A stretch of DNA of 63,547 bases, counting the filler, from Nemertoderma westbladi (Eukaryota; Animalia; Xenacoelomorpha), in the NCBI GenBank assembly GCA_032718475.1. It is 4 parts of 4 records of this genome, joined end to end, with 100 filler letters (N's around TTAATTAATTAA, not from the genome) between each part and the next. Parts side by side here need not be neighbours in the genome. Positions count along the whole stretch, not along the records: positions 1 to 17,647 come from JAUCBJ010008448.1; 3 more parts are not named here. One strand, given 5' to 3'. A program made the translations under genes and the position numbers. Shown in pieces: positions 1 through 11,781 of this stretch. The notes under the pieces are model-generated. The model saw only the letters and a program-made list of their open reading frames with translations, did no database searches and was not told the origin of the DNA. Each line of letters begins with the position of its first letter. Position 1 is the first letter of the stretch.

Positions 1-86
1 CTGACGAGTTTACTCCAACTCCTTTTGACAAACAACCATCTTGGAAAGTTCCAACTTCCAACATAGGAATAAGAGAATTTCCTGTA

Positions 87-1043
87 GTGCAAGTTCGAGT
101 TCATGGTCCCAACAAGAGTTACATAGTGAACGCCCTACTTGACTCCGGCAGCACAGGAACATTCATCGATCAAGAACTAGCCGAAGATATCTTTGCTGGA
201 CAACCCAAGTTCCGGACTAAATTGAGTATGTCAGGAATTATGCAGGTTTGGAAATCTACCCTGACGGCAGATTACTATGTAGGTGTGTTGTCCACCCCCC
301 AGGATAAGTTAGGAACACAAGGTGTAAGGTCAGTAAAAATGGTGGCTATAAAGAACTTTGCTACTACTCAAGCAGACCTTTATAATTGGGACGAAGATGA
401 GAGCGTCCAACATCTTGAGATACCTCGATTCCAAACCGATTATCCTGGAGTGCAAATACTCATCGGCCAAAACGCGCATGAGGCGCTCGAGCCATTAGAG
501 AAACGGCCTGCTCAACCACAGCCACTACAAACCTATGCGGTAAGAACTAGAGTAGGTTGGTACTTCACTGGCCCTTCCCGTAGAACTCTCAAAGAGAGAT
601 TACCTCAACAACAGGTATACCAAGTAAAGGGGGAAGTGGAGAGCAGTGATGTGGACGACCCAACTGAGGGAACACCATACTCCTCAGATAATGACGATAT
701 TAACTCCAATGTAGATCAATGGAGACATTGCCTTGGGACGATTAATCCAGCCGACATCGATTCCAGAAGAGCAACTCCTCAAGAACGGATAGATACTCCC
801 GGCTGGTTAGGTGGACCCGACTCCCTAAGTAAAGAAGAAGATGAATGGCCTCCTCATCTTACCACTGAGGAGATTAGACAGGCCAAGGGAGCGGCGGAAG
901 TAACACGACAGCCTAATCGCCCAGCTGGTCGCTTAGGTTTACTGGGAAGAGACCGAAAACTGTCCGGAAACCATGGAAGGCAGGATACTCTTCCTACGAC
1001 CACTTCCCTAATTCGACAAAGATCTAGGGACTCCATAACGTAA
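87..1043 (+). pseudogene. BEL/Pao LTR retrotransposon pol remnant: aspartic protease fused to RNase H C-terminal segment (RT/integrase deleted)
   Basis: ALLDSGSTGTFI protease motif, ILIG...TRVGWYFTGP, then WRHCLGTINPADIDSR...WLGGP...EWP resembling the Pao WRHVP..NPAD..SRG..W..GP motif; no RT DD motif between them. Confidence 0.85.
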
Positions 1044-1059
1044 TTATATATGGAGTGGG

Positions 1060-1513
1060 TGTGTGACTATATTATTTTATATTTTTTTTTATTATTATTT
1101 TATATTTAGGTATGTATTATTATGTAATTTTATTATAATCGTTTTCTTTAATTTTATTTAGTAGAATGTTATTTTAGAATATTTAGTAAATTAGTGCAAT
1201 ATATTAGTGTTTATTACGTATTTAATTACTTACAATATATTTAGTGCGACGGCAAGAAATAATTATTTTTCTCTTTCCTTACTGTCCGTATTATATTATA
1301 AATGCGAGACTATAGTAAGATGACATGTCAGTACTTCTTAAAGTACAATAAAGCCACTACTATATTTAAGTATTATTGGTAGGCAGAGTATTAGGAATGC
1401 AAAGTTCAGATCCTCGTGTCTCGGCTAAACCAAGCTCTGGGTAGACCTTGGAAACGACTTGCCTCTTCACACTGACATTGCTTCGTGCGATATTGCTCTT
1501 CTACCTTATAACA
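1060..1513 (+). mobile_element. 3' LTR of the deleted BEL/Pao element
   Basis: PPT-like TGGAGTGGG then TGT at 1060; TATAAA near 1296, AATAAA near 1348; ends AACA at 1513; no partner LTR in the window. Confidence 0.55.
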
Positions 1514-1593
1514 AATAATACATATAGTAGCGTGAGGTCCCTCTAACAGTAGCGTAAATCGCAAATAAATCTGTTAAACTTTTGACCACCTGT

Positions 1594-1858
1594 AATTCTA
1601 GTCGATTAAGATATCGTGGCACCCACCGATATACTTGAAAGACAAATTTTAGAATCAGTGGTTAACGTCCCCAGACAAGTTCTGGAATAAATTGGTGCCC
1701 ATCCTAAATATTAATTTAATATTTATTAAAATCTGTAAAATTCAGATCCGTTAACAATTCTAGTCGATTAAGATATCGTAGCACTTACCGATACTCTTAA
1801 AAGACAAATTTTACCGAATTAAGGATCCTGAGTCCCCAGATATGCTCTGGAATAAAAT
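1594..1858 (+). repeat. Two diverged ~100-bp direct repeats (period ~163 bp) with internal hairpins
   Basis: AATTCTAGTCGATTAAGATATCGT...AAAGACAAATTTTA...GTCCCCAGA...TCTGGAATAAA at ~1594 and ~1757. Confidence 0.85.
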
Positions 1859-2670
1859 TTATGTCAATTTAATATCAAATAATAAAATTCACGGGAATAA
1901 ATTTAAATTCATATTCGAATGAATTTCATAAATTGTCATTTTGTGCAATTTATAACATTCCCAAAATTCCAGTAATTAATAGATCATGGGAGCGGAGATT
2001 CATATTGAGTGTGCTAGAGTGTGAGAATCTCCAACATATAGTCAATAGCCGATAAAATTTATAAAATCATGCATAAAGAGGATATTGACAATTAAAGAAT
2101 TACTATTAAATAACATCCCAGATCTGTATGCATGAGGATTGCCCTAATTCTACCGCTAGTTTTCCATAATGTCACCATGGCAACACCCACGCTAGAATTA
2201 GAAGCAAGTTAAGGGAACAATAAAAAGCTTGCCCCATTGCGTAGCATAAGAGTATATATAGCGCACTATTAGTATCCAAGGATACATAGTAAATACGTGA
2301 CATTCTGGAAGACACTGACTAACGGACAAATGGTATGCATGTGTGCAGTAAGTAATGATTGTATGGAATTTGTGCGTTTATAGGTGAATGTTACTACTAA
2401 AGTGTGTTTACAGTAGCTAATCGCAATTGTAAAATAGCCTTAACTCTACCGAGATAACCTCAAGTGGATTCAAGCCTTTGGGACGGACAGTGGTGGGACT
2501 TGTGTCGGTTATCGTTGTCGTGCTGTGCTACATGTTGGCGTAAACACTGCGACAGCGGTACATCGGCGCTGAGAAACCCACTGTCCGGGGGCAAAGGGCC
2601 TAGTAGGCAGCGACGCCCGCTTACCTAAAATATTAACTTATATTGATATTAACAAACTCTGATAGCAAAT

Positions 2671-4136
2671 ATGACGGAATTAATAGAAGATGACCTTGGT
2701 ATTAGAGAGCGATATACTCTACCTTTACAAGCGTTTGTGGATAGCTTGATACGCGGTGAAGCCGATCCGACTATTACGGAGGACGATGGTCGTTTATTTA
2801 TCGATTAACGATATCGAACCGCCGATGTCCCAAGAGCAACTTACGCGTGAATTGGACTATCGAAAATTAACCGCTCGCTATACGCATCGTAATGGTACGT
2901 ATATGGACTTCTTAACTACCGGCCATCCTATCGATTTACATGATACGGACGATGTAGACACCGAAAGGGAAATGGTTCTATTTAAATATCATACCCAGCG
3001 GCGTCGTAACTATAAACCGAGAATAGATCACGAAAATTCTATTCGTAACAGACTGGGAAGACGAACCAATATGTCTGGAATCTGAAGAGATTCAGCCTAT
3101 CGCGCTCGGAACAGCGACAACGATTACATCCTAGAATGGTATCAAGGTCCACAGTGTCTCACTGCGTACGATTATCGCCATGTCAACTATGTTTCTCGGC
3201 AACGTTGTCGGTTATGCGCATCGAGAGACCATGTTACGCCCATGGACACAAACGTCCGCTGTTCCTATTTCCCCGAACAACCGGCGATGGAAATTTATTG
3301 CGCGTATTGCAGATTTAATAATTTGCACATTTTTGCGGTTTGCCCTCAATTTATGACTCAATGTCATCATTGTCAACTAAAGGGACACGCCAGTTTCGAT
3401 TGCCCTTTTTAATCGCGATTTGGAAAGCGTAGATGAAATGATCACACTACGTTACATTAGAGCTTGGGAAGCGAACGCTGATTTACATCGTGACTCACGT
3501 CATCGCTATTATCCCGGACGCGCCTACGAAGGAGTTTATGCGTTCCATCCATATTTGTTTGCCTCCGTCGAGCAGAAATCGCGCCTATCAAGTTATGAAC
3601 TGTTGAAGCGCGTTGGAGAATGTATTTCAACCAAATACGTACGTAAATTCCTCAGGAGTATTAATCCGAGTGACATCCAGTCTTACAACTTAATAAACTT
3701 TATTCGTCAAGACCCTGCCTATGGAGACTTATTTGTCAACTCACACCCTGAGTTACAAGAAGTATATCGAAGGCCTTACGAGTATCGAGCCCGCGAACGC
3801 GAGTTAGAAAGAACCATTAAACCAAGGAAGTTTCTAACGGCCTATGGTCCACCCACGGCCCTCGTTCAGACCACTCGTAAAGGACCCGTAAGAGCGGCTG
3901 TCTTGAAACGAGCTCTCAAAGCCGTTAGACCCCTCTCCCCGGACGTTGATGTCCATCAACCCGGTACTTCGACCGGCGGATATACCGATCGCAATCCCCT
4001 ACCTTCTGATGCAATCATATTGCACCCTTCACCCCGGAGTTATAGCCCTCCTAGTAAAGTGGCTCGCCCCAAAGAGAAAAGGACTCTTGCTAGCTTCAAA
4101 AAACTGCGTAAACGCCGTCCGCGCAAGAAAGACTAA
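2671..4136 (+). pseudogene. Triple zinc-knuckle plus unknown-domain ORF (copy A), upstream of a PPT/LTR
   Basis: The 2756 frame continues past TGA 3083-3085 into CRLCASRDH..CAYCRFNNLHIFAVC..CHHCQLKGHASFDC; one extra T near 3410 shifts it into the 3420-4136 ORF; ATG 2671 is in another frame. Confidence 0.75.
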
Positions 4137-4214
4137 CTGTTTAGAGTATTTTTGTATTTTAGAAACTGTGATTTTGTATATTTTATAGACTTAAATCCCA
4201 TTTTCTGGGAGCGG

Positions 4215-5470
4215 TGTAAAAGCTTCTGTGGGATATAACTGGCCCCTTTTGCTTCGCAATCCAGTTTCCCCACAGGCGCTGGAATACTCTAAAAGGTTTT
4301 CTAACTGTAGATATATTCCCCTCGCCCGCAAGGTACCTTTACAGGTGTTTTAACGGACATAAAAATCATTCTGCTATATACGTGTTTTAGCGGACATGGT
4401 AAGACAAAAACTTGTAATGCACAAACCACCTTTCACAGCTTAGCCGTGATGATTCATATTACGACATCTAGCAGCTGGTTGCTGACATGGAAACAGCCAT
4501 TGGCAGCGTGGTTCTTTGTTTGGCTTGGGCCAATCAGGGCGATTTTTCCTGTCGACGTGTAGCTTTCCTGGAAATCATGGAGAGTGTTCGCTCTGACGGG
4601 AGGGAGAGAGAGAGTTGTTACTTTTGTTGTTATTGCTGTCTAAGCCAGAAACACCGGCATTTTTTGGATAGATACTGCTGAACCGTGAACTGCAGAACTG
4701 CTTGAATTATCGAAAGTATAAACTGTTACCTCATCAAATCTAATCTCACGAATCGAATATCACCTAACTCATTAATCATATTGTTTGTACTGTTATTTTA
4801 CCGTCAGTTATTAATTGTAAATATTTGTTGATGGAAATATTGCTATTTGGATAATACGGATAAATCACCCAATTCCCAATTTTCTTGATAACACTACAGG
4901 TTAGAGAGACCGGCTATATATAACAATTGCGATTTATATTAATGTGGTGTGTATTGAATCCAATGTTATTTAGCAGACCCTACGCGAGTCAATTACTGCT
5001 CTCTTTATGTGTGATCAAATATACTGACTGTCGGCAGAATAGTGTGTATGATTGTGATTGGTAACAAAGTATTTCCTAAAGAATACGTTTTATACTTTAA
5101 TCAGCAGCAGTATCGTTGCGTTTAGTATAAGTCTTAGTTCTGTTTAAATAGGTAAAGCGCCACGTCCTAAAGGAACTGTTAATATTTCCCGAAAGCCAAT
5201 AATATCTGTCAGAGATTAATTATTAACGATCTATCGAATAATACCTTAGGTATACACTGCAACCTTACACTGTAATAATACAATTCAAGCATCCGAATTC
5301 AGTCTCCCGGGTGTAGATCCATCGGGTGAATGATCGCGCATGGGCTGACTTCGGCTAATGTTTTGCGTATTAGCATAAATTATTGTCGTATGCTAAAGTG
5401 GTTTTAATTAACGAAAAGACATATAAATTTTGGCAGGTTAAACTGCTAAAGGTCTTCGAAAGCGCGAACA
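4215..5470 (+). mobile_element. Putative long 3' LTR (TGT...GCGCGAACA)
   Basis: TTTTCTGGGAGCGG then TGT at 4215; ACA end at 5470 abuts and truncates the gag ORF on the opposite strand; its 3' part is homologous to 19700-20087. Confidence 0.55.
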
Positions 5471-6837
5471 GGGTGATGGATAACGGGGTGTTTCTATGGC
5501 TAGAAGGTTACTTTCAATTTCTCGGTTATTGGGTTCTACAGTAGTTAGGTTATTGGGTTCTACAGTAGTTAGTATATTCATTGAATCACACTTGGTTTTA
5601 TTTCCCCTCTGGGAAATTCCAAGTTGAGATGCCTCCTCTTCCATACGTAATAATATGCACTGTTCTGCATTTAGCCGAACCATTTCCCTCTTGGCCCTTG
5701 CCCGTTCCCTTTCAATCTCACCTTCCCTTTTATCCCGTTCCATCTCATCTGCTATCTTTTGTACTCGTTCCCTTCTCTCTCGTTCCCTTTTGTCACATTC
5801 CCTTTTCTCACGTTCCTCACGTTCCTCTTTTTCTATTCTTTCCAGTTCACGTTCACTTACTCTCCTTTTATTTTCTCTCTCTAACTCACGCTCTTGTTCT
5901 CTCATGCCATCCGCTAGCTCCATTCTTGCTTGTTCAATCCCTGCATTCGTTCTCATTCGATTGATCGTGGATGAGTGTATAGATCCGACCCCTGAAACAC
6001 GATCATTCTGCCTAGGGACGTTCTCCCAGATGGAGTCTGGTGTCACCTGGGACACAGAATCCTCTGGATCAACGCGTGGCACCTCGGTGATAATGCTTGG
6101 GGTCGGGTCTCCCTCCCTCAGATCTTCACTCTGGGTTCCTCTGGGTTCCCTCCTAACGTTTGGATTGGAACGGGTCTCTCGAGATTGACACTGGGCTTTG
6201 ACCCGGTCTTCAATCTCAACAGCCCTTTGTTCCTCTCCGCACGCACGTAAATGATCTATGTAGACCGTTATTTTATTTAAAAGTATACTTAGCTCCGGTT
6301 CCACCGGCAGTTCACCAGTTGGGTTCTCAACAGTTCCAAACAGAGTCAGTTCTGCTCGTTGAGATCATCGTTTAAGGATCTCTGGTTGTTGGGGGTCAAT
6401 CAGAACAGCACTTCGTTGTGATCGTGATGATCGTTGGATCTGGGGGTCTTTGGGTCGTGTTGTCTGTGTCGAGGTTCTTTCAGGTTCGTGTCGAATATTG
6501 GCTGGTTCAGGTTCGTGAGTTGGGAGGACAGCTCGTTCTGGTTGAGTGGGTGGCCCCTGCTCAGTTCCCACCAAGCTGCTAGTGCGTAAGCGAGCGCCGA
6601 TGCTTGCTCTAGCAGCCCCAGGAATTGAGCGTCCACACCGCCTGGGCTCGTTGTTGGTTGCCAGGCGCCCTCCACTTGTGTTGGGTTCGTTCTCGGGGTT
6701 CGGGCGAGTTCTCGGCCCGACTCGATCCTGCCATCCACGACTGATACTCGTCTGGGCTCATCCCTCATATCAATGAGGTCCGAGCTCGTTTCCACTGATG
6801 GATGGTTCGTTGATGGCGTTCGGTTGGCGCTAGACAT
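5471..6837 (-). pseudogene. N-terminal part of an LTR retrotransposon gag (BEL/Pao-like), frameshifted and truncated
   Basis: ORFs 6400-6837 and 5438-6304 with VDPEDSVSQV...SS motif and Glu/Arg coiled coil typical of BEL gag N-termini; downstream of a PBS-like TGGTGCCGT. Confidence 0.65.
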
Positions 6838-7017
6838 TGAAGATCAAATCTATTCAAGTTCGTTAATTCGGCTACGCGTTGTCGTTTTCAACGAGATAGT
6901 TTTCACTTTGTTCCGTCGATATTCTTTCCCTCTAAGAACGTCGTTTCTACGCATCCGTTTCGTTCGTCAAGAAAACTCAGTTCAAGTCCTAGTTACTTTA
7001 ATATTCAATATGTATAA

Positions 7018-7695
7018 ACGGCACCAGTGCACAATCACATGATGACGCTTCCTTCCTTCAAACAAATGATTTATAACACGTACAGTACAAATGCACTGTA
7101 CGTTCAGTTCAATTAGAACAATAATAGTTAAGTTCAGTGACCAATAGGTCACTGAATAGAGTCCAAAAAGTTCAGTTCGTGAAACAAGTCGAATCAAACA
7201 ATAAACGAACGAACGAAAGAACGAACGGTGAAAACTATGTAACGTTTCTACAAAGTTATATCGACAGAATGAATCTAATCTCATCCTGCTCTCGTCATAT
7301 ATGAATGGAAGGAAAGCCATCTGGGATTGGTTTACCAAATAACAATAGGCCATAGAAAATGCGGCCAAAATATATAATACGTTATACACCAATATACACA
7401 GGTGAGGGTAAATCCCAGAGGATGCCTTACACTTCCATTGTTGCCTCTCACTCAATGTGTCCTTTCACTTTAAATGGTTCTAATATTCACTCACTCATTA
7501 TAGGATATGATAATTCTCTCGTGAACATGAGGCGAGCAAGTCTTCATGCAAGATACACTATACTTTTACTTTTGTGACGTCATGTCATGACGTCATGACC
7601 TTCTCTCTCAATAAAATGGAATTTCTACGGCAATAACAGGTGATAAGAATTTTGGGCCATACTGTACGATGAAATACTGACTATAGTCGGGAACA
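7018..7695 (-). mobile_element. 5' LTR and PBS of the minus-strand BEL-like element, inserted into the 3' end of a LINE
   Basis: Minus strand begins TGTTCCCGAC at 7695, about where the LINE ORF2 similarity fades; TGGTGCCGT at 7026-7018 just upstream of gag. Confidence 0.5.
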
Positions 7696-10600
7696 TTGCT
7701 AAAATTATTTAAATTAACCTTAAGTTTCCTATGGTAAGAGTCTGTAAAATTAAGCACCTTGAAAATACTTAGCATTTCATTGCACCACCCTGAGGTGTCA
7801 CCATGATCAACATTAAAAATCTGTCTAGGCAGACGGTCATCTGTCATTTCCACCAATCGGTTCCAGCGCCTAGCCAAGCTAAGATAACGTCTGTGTTGAG
7901 GATAAATCCAGCCCATTTCACCTTCAACTGCCAAGTTTGGTGTGAACTTATGGACACCTAAGAATGATCGCATCACCTTTCGGTGTACAGTATCAATATC
8001 TGGCGCAGCTAGATACCCCCAAACACCAGACGCATAATCCAGGATGGGACAAACGCATGAATTATATAAAGAGGTGTATGTATTATAGAAAAAACCACCA
8101 ACAAGTTTAGAACGTGAAATTATTGCACCAAATGCACGTTTAGCAGAGTCTGTTAAAGTTATAATCGCTTTGTCGAATTTTAGAAATTCGTCAAAAAATA
8201 CACCAAGATACCTATAATCATGTACAATTTTTACAGCTGATTCACCAATATAAAATTTAAACTCAGTTAATGGTCGACGCACTCCGCGAAAATGGATTAT
8301 TTCTGATTTAGATATATTAACAGTCATTTTCCATCGCTGGGTCCAGCGGTGCAAACAATTTAAAAGTAACTGTAGATCAGATTCTGTTTCAGCCAAAAGC
8401 ATCACATCATCAGCATAAACTAATATAGAGAAAATTAGATCACCAAATTGAACACCTAATTTACACTCTTTTATATCCTCTATTAGACTATTAATGAAAA
8501 TATTAAAAAGTGCCAGAGATAAATTATCACCTTGCCTTACACCCTTTAAAGTACGAAACCAGGAGGTCTGATAATTATTAACTAAAACAGAGGCTACAGT
8601 TTCTGAGTATAAGGCTTTTATACTACAATACAAGTTACCGCCAATTCCAACTGAAAGTAAACTAAAGAGTAACAAATCCCTATCTACACAATCAAAAGCT
8701 TTCGAAAAATCTACGAAGGCTACAAAAGTAGACTTGCTGGAATTTATTCGGTTGCTTATAATAGAATGTAAAAGGTAAATATGATCTTCGCACGAGCGAC
8801 CCGCTCTGAACCCGTTTTGCTCTTCCGCCAATGTATTATTCTTATCGCAGAATTCTGAAACTCTAGAATTTAAAATACTTGTATACGGTTTGCTCATACA
8901 GGAAAGTAAGCTTATACCACGATAACTTGATGGTGATGTAAAATCTGTCATTGTGCTTTTAGGTATGGGCTTAATCACTGCCTTCAGCCAGATACTAGGG
9001 ACGACACCACACCCTCCTTGAAAATGGAATCAAATAAAGTTGCTAATAAATCGTTTAACGATTCTCGTTTCAGGATTTCATTTGGAATACTATCAGGGCC
9101 GACCGACTTGTTAAATTTGAGCTTCTTTGCAGCACGTGCGACATCCTCGCTAGTTATACTGCAGTTTTCTGGTGAATCGGGATCGTAGGCCGGGGAATCG
9201 AGAACCCATTCCAATTGCTCACGTTCGCGTGAAACAGTTGAAGCGAACTCATTCGAGTTACTTACATTTTCACAATTTTCGCCGTTACTAGAAAAGACAC
9301 CAGGAGGTAGTCAGTCGCGAGGGCGGGTTTATGTCGGCGTTAAGTAGATTACTAAAGCCTTCTCTCCAGTGATTAAGAACATCAGCGGGATCATTAGATA
9401 CTGCACCATCTTTCTCTACCTCGAAAGGTATACGTGAATCTTTCCGTGGACCAAGCGATTTCAGATAATTCCAGAATTGCTTCGGGTCGTTGGTGTTTAA
9501 TTCTTCAACTATATTCCTTGAGCGCCATTGATATTGACGTTCTTTCCTCCGCAGGGTTCGATCGAATATTCGTCGGGACTTTTTGAAATTGTCTTGTAGA
9601 TATTCTAACCGCGCTTTACTAGCCTTGTTCTTCTTTTCCTGAAGTAGTAGTTTTTCACTTTTATGATAAGTTTTCCACAGTTCAGTTAGATCAGCGTCCC
9701 AGAACGGTTTATTTGTTTTAAGACGTTTCCGCGTAGATTTCTGCACTGATGAGGGTTGCAAGTAACACTTCATTTCTTCGTAAATAGCATCACAAATATC
9801 ATTGTACACTGTGTCAATATGTAGTTGATGTTCCCTAAACTCTAAAATACGTTGGCAAAGTAAACTTATAGTACAAAACCATGTTTCAGAATGCATGAAC
9901 CCAGGGGGAATATCGTTTACTCGCCATTTCTTACTTTCTCCATGGTTAGTAGTTTGACTATCAGTTTGTTTATCGTCGACAAGGTTACTCTGCACTAAAT
10001 TGTCAGTATTAAATGTTAACTTTACCAAAGAGTGATCAGGTAATTTGCTATTTCCAAACAGAAGATGCGTTAAATTATGTTTAGTCACTAGGTCGGAGCC
10101 GGATTTAACCTCCAGCTTATCACACTGTTTGAGCGAGTGATGAGTTAGTAGAAAGTAGTCAACTACTGAGCTTCCATTGGTATGAATTGATGTAAAATTA
10201 TCATATTGAGGAGTAATTCTTCCATTAGCGATGCACATACAGCTCTCTTTGCAATAATCTATAAGACTGCGTCTGTGCGAGTTAATCTCTGGATCAATAG
10301 GAAGGCGGTGAGGTATGTTATCATCATCAAGACCCAGAATGACATCTGCCAAATTACCAACTCTACCGTTAACGTCCCCCGCAGCTAAAATGTGATCAAC
10401 GGCTTCGCCATAGAAATAAACAGAGGATAGCAGCGAACTGTAAAATTCAACGGAATCCCGTGCATAGGTTGAGTTTTCGGGCGGTAGATAGCACGCAAAT
10501 ACAAGAAAGGTTTCATCGTTATATCAACTGGTGAGTTTAATCCCGAGTATGCCATCGTACGATTTGTCAACAATTGTATAAGCATATCTCTCAAGAGTTT

Positions 10601-10853
10601 GTTGCGATAAAAAGATTCCCACACCACCAAATGCGTGTGATGCACGCTTATGTACGATTGTCCTTGGATGACCTATCCATTTATAATAACTTTCGCCAAG
10701 TTTAAAACTAATATCTTCTTCTGGTAAATTATGAGTTTCAGTAATAATAGCTACATCAATATTCTCTCGAACGAGTATTCCTTGTCTCAATGCCTTATTG
10801 TTTAAAGTCCACCCATTTACATTATATGTGGCAAATGTCAAACAGTTTGGCAA
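7696..10853 (-). mobile_element. CR1/L2-group LINE ORF2 (APE endonuclease + RT), with frameshifts and stops
   Basis: ATYNVNGW, IITETH, YLPPENS, GDVNGR, SVVDYF, DHSLV; GPDSIPNE; YRGISLL, EEQNGFR, FVDFSKAFD, GVRQGD, YADD, YLG. Confidence 0.93.
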
Positions 10854-10865
10854 GGGGCATGAGTC

Positions 10866-11781
10866 CTAATCGGTACTATTCGTTTCCGCACCCATACTAG
10901 CGCTACCGACCCCTCCCCGGGAAATTCCATTCGCACCAGTTTGAGATACAACCGGAACTCTCCGATCAACAATGATTCCATCAGCATTTATTACCAAAGA
11001 ACCTCCTTTGAAGGGTTGGGAATGCAGAATCTTCCTCATGTTGCGTTCCGCAGTGAGCTCGGCATTAGTTTTCTCATGTGTCACAAACACTGACTTAAAT
11101 TTAGTGCCACGGAGCGCACTTTTAGCTTTCAATATCCCTAAACGATCTTGCTCAGTTTCCAGGACAACTCGTAGAGAAACAGTTTGGTCTGATGATTGAT
11201 TGCCTTCTCCCGTGCGGTAACCAAAGCCAATACGCTCAGCCGACAGTACCTTTATACCCGACTTTATTGTACTAATGATCTCTTGAGCTATTTCGAGTAC
11301 ACTAGATTGATTTCGTAGCTTGACACGATTGGCGACAACTACCGCCACTGCTTCGGCACCACTCCCCGCATTGGATGACGTTAAACTCGTTAAACTCTTC
11401 GAACTTCTCGTCCATTTCCGATCTAATCGCTGTAGTAGCTGCGTCTATTTTCTCGTCGATCTTATCATTTAATTCAGCATATAGGTCTTCCTTAATTTTC
11501 TTAACAAGGACTTCATTGTTATCCTGTAGTACGGACGTTAGTGTTTCTAAACTGATTCCAGAATCTTCCTGAGTTCCGGCGAAGCTACCGCTTCGCACGA
11601 TTGCTTCCGCAAGTTTATCTTTGTTGTATTTCCTGAGTAGCTGTTCTCGTGACATTTGTCTCATTATTCGTATATTAAGACTATCTGTCTCCATTTGACT
11701 GATTTGATTTGATTGTCTATCCGGACAATCTCCACTAACTCCAGTTTCACTCATACTGAGGCTTGAATACCGGTTATACAT
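10866..11781 (-). mobile_element. ORF1 of the same LINE (coiled coil + RRM/CTD-like), frameshifted
   Basis: Coiled-coil 11302-11781 then AERIG...LRVVL...ILKAKSALRGTKFKSVFVTHEKT, directly upstream of ORF2. Confidence 0.75.

Noticed and set aside
3401-3415. C CCT TTT slippery site as a programmed -1 frameshift
   Set aside because: The -1 frame stops within a few codons; the needed shift is +1 and copy B is in-frame here, so a mutation is more likely
4960-5470. rRNA, RNase P/MRP, telomerase RNA or group I intron
   Set aside because: No template, CR-I/CR-V or P7 motifs recognised; the termini look like LTR ends
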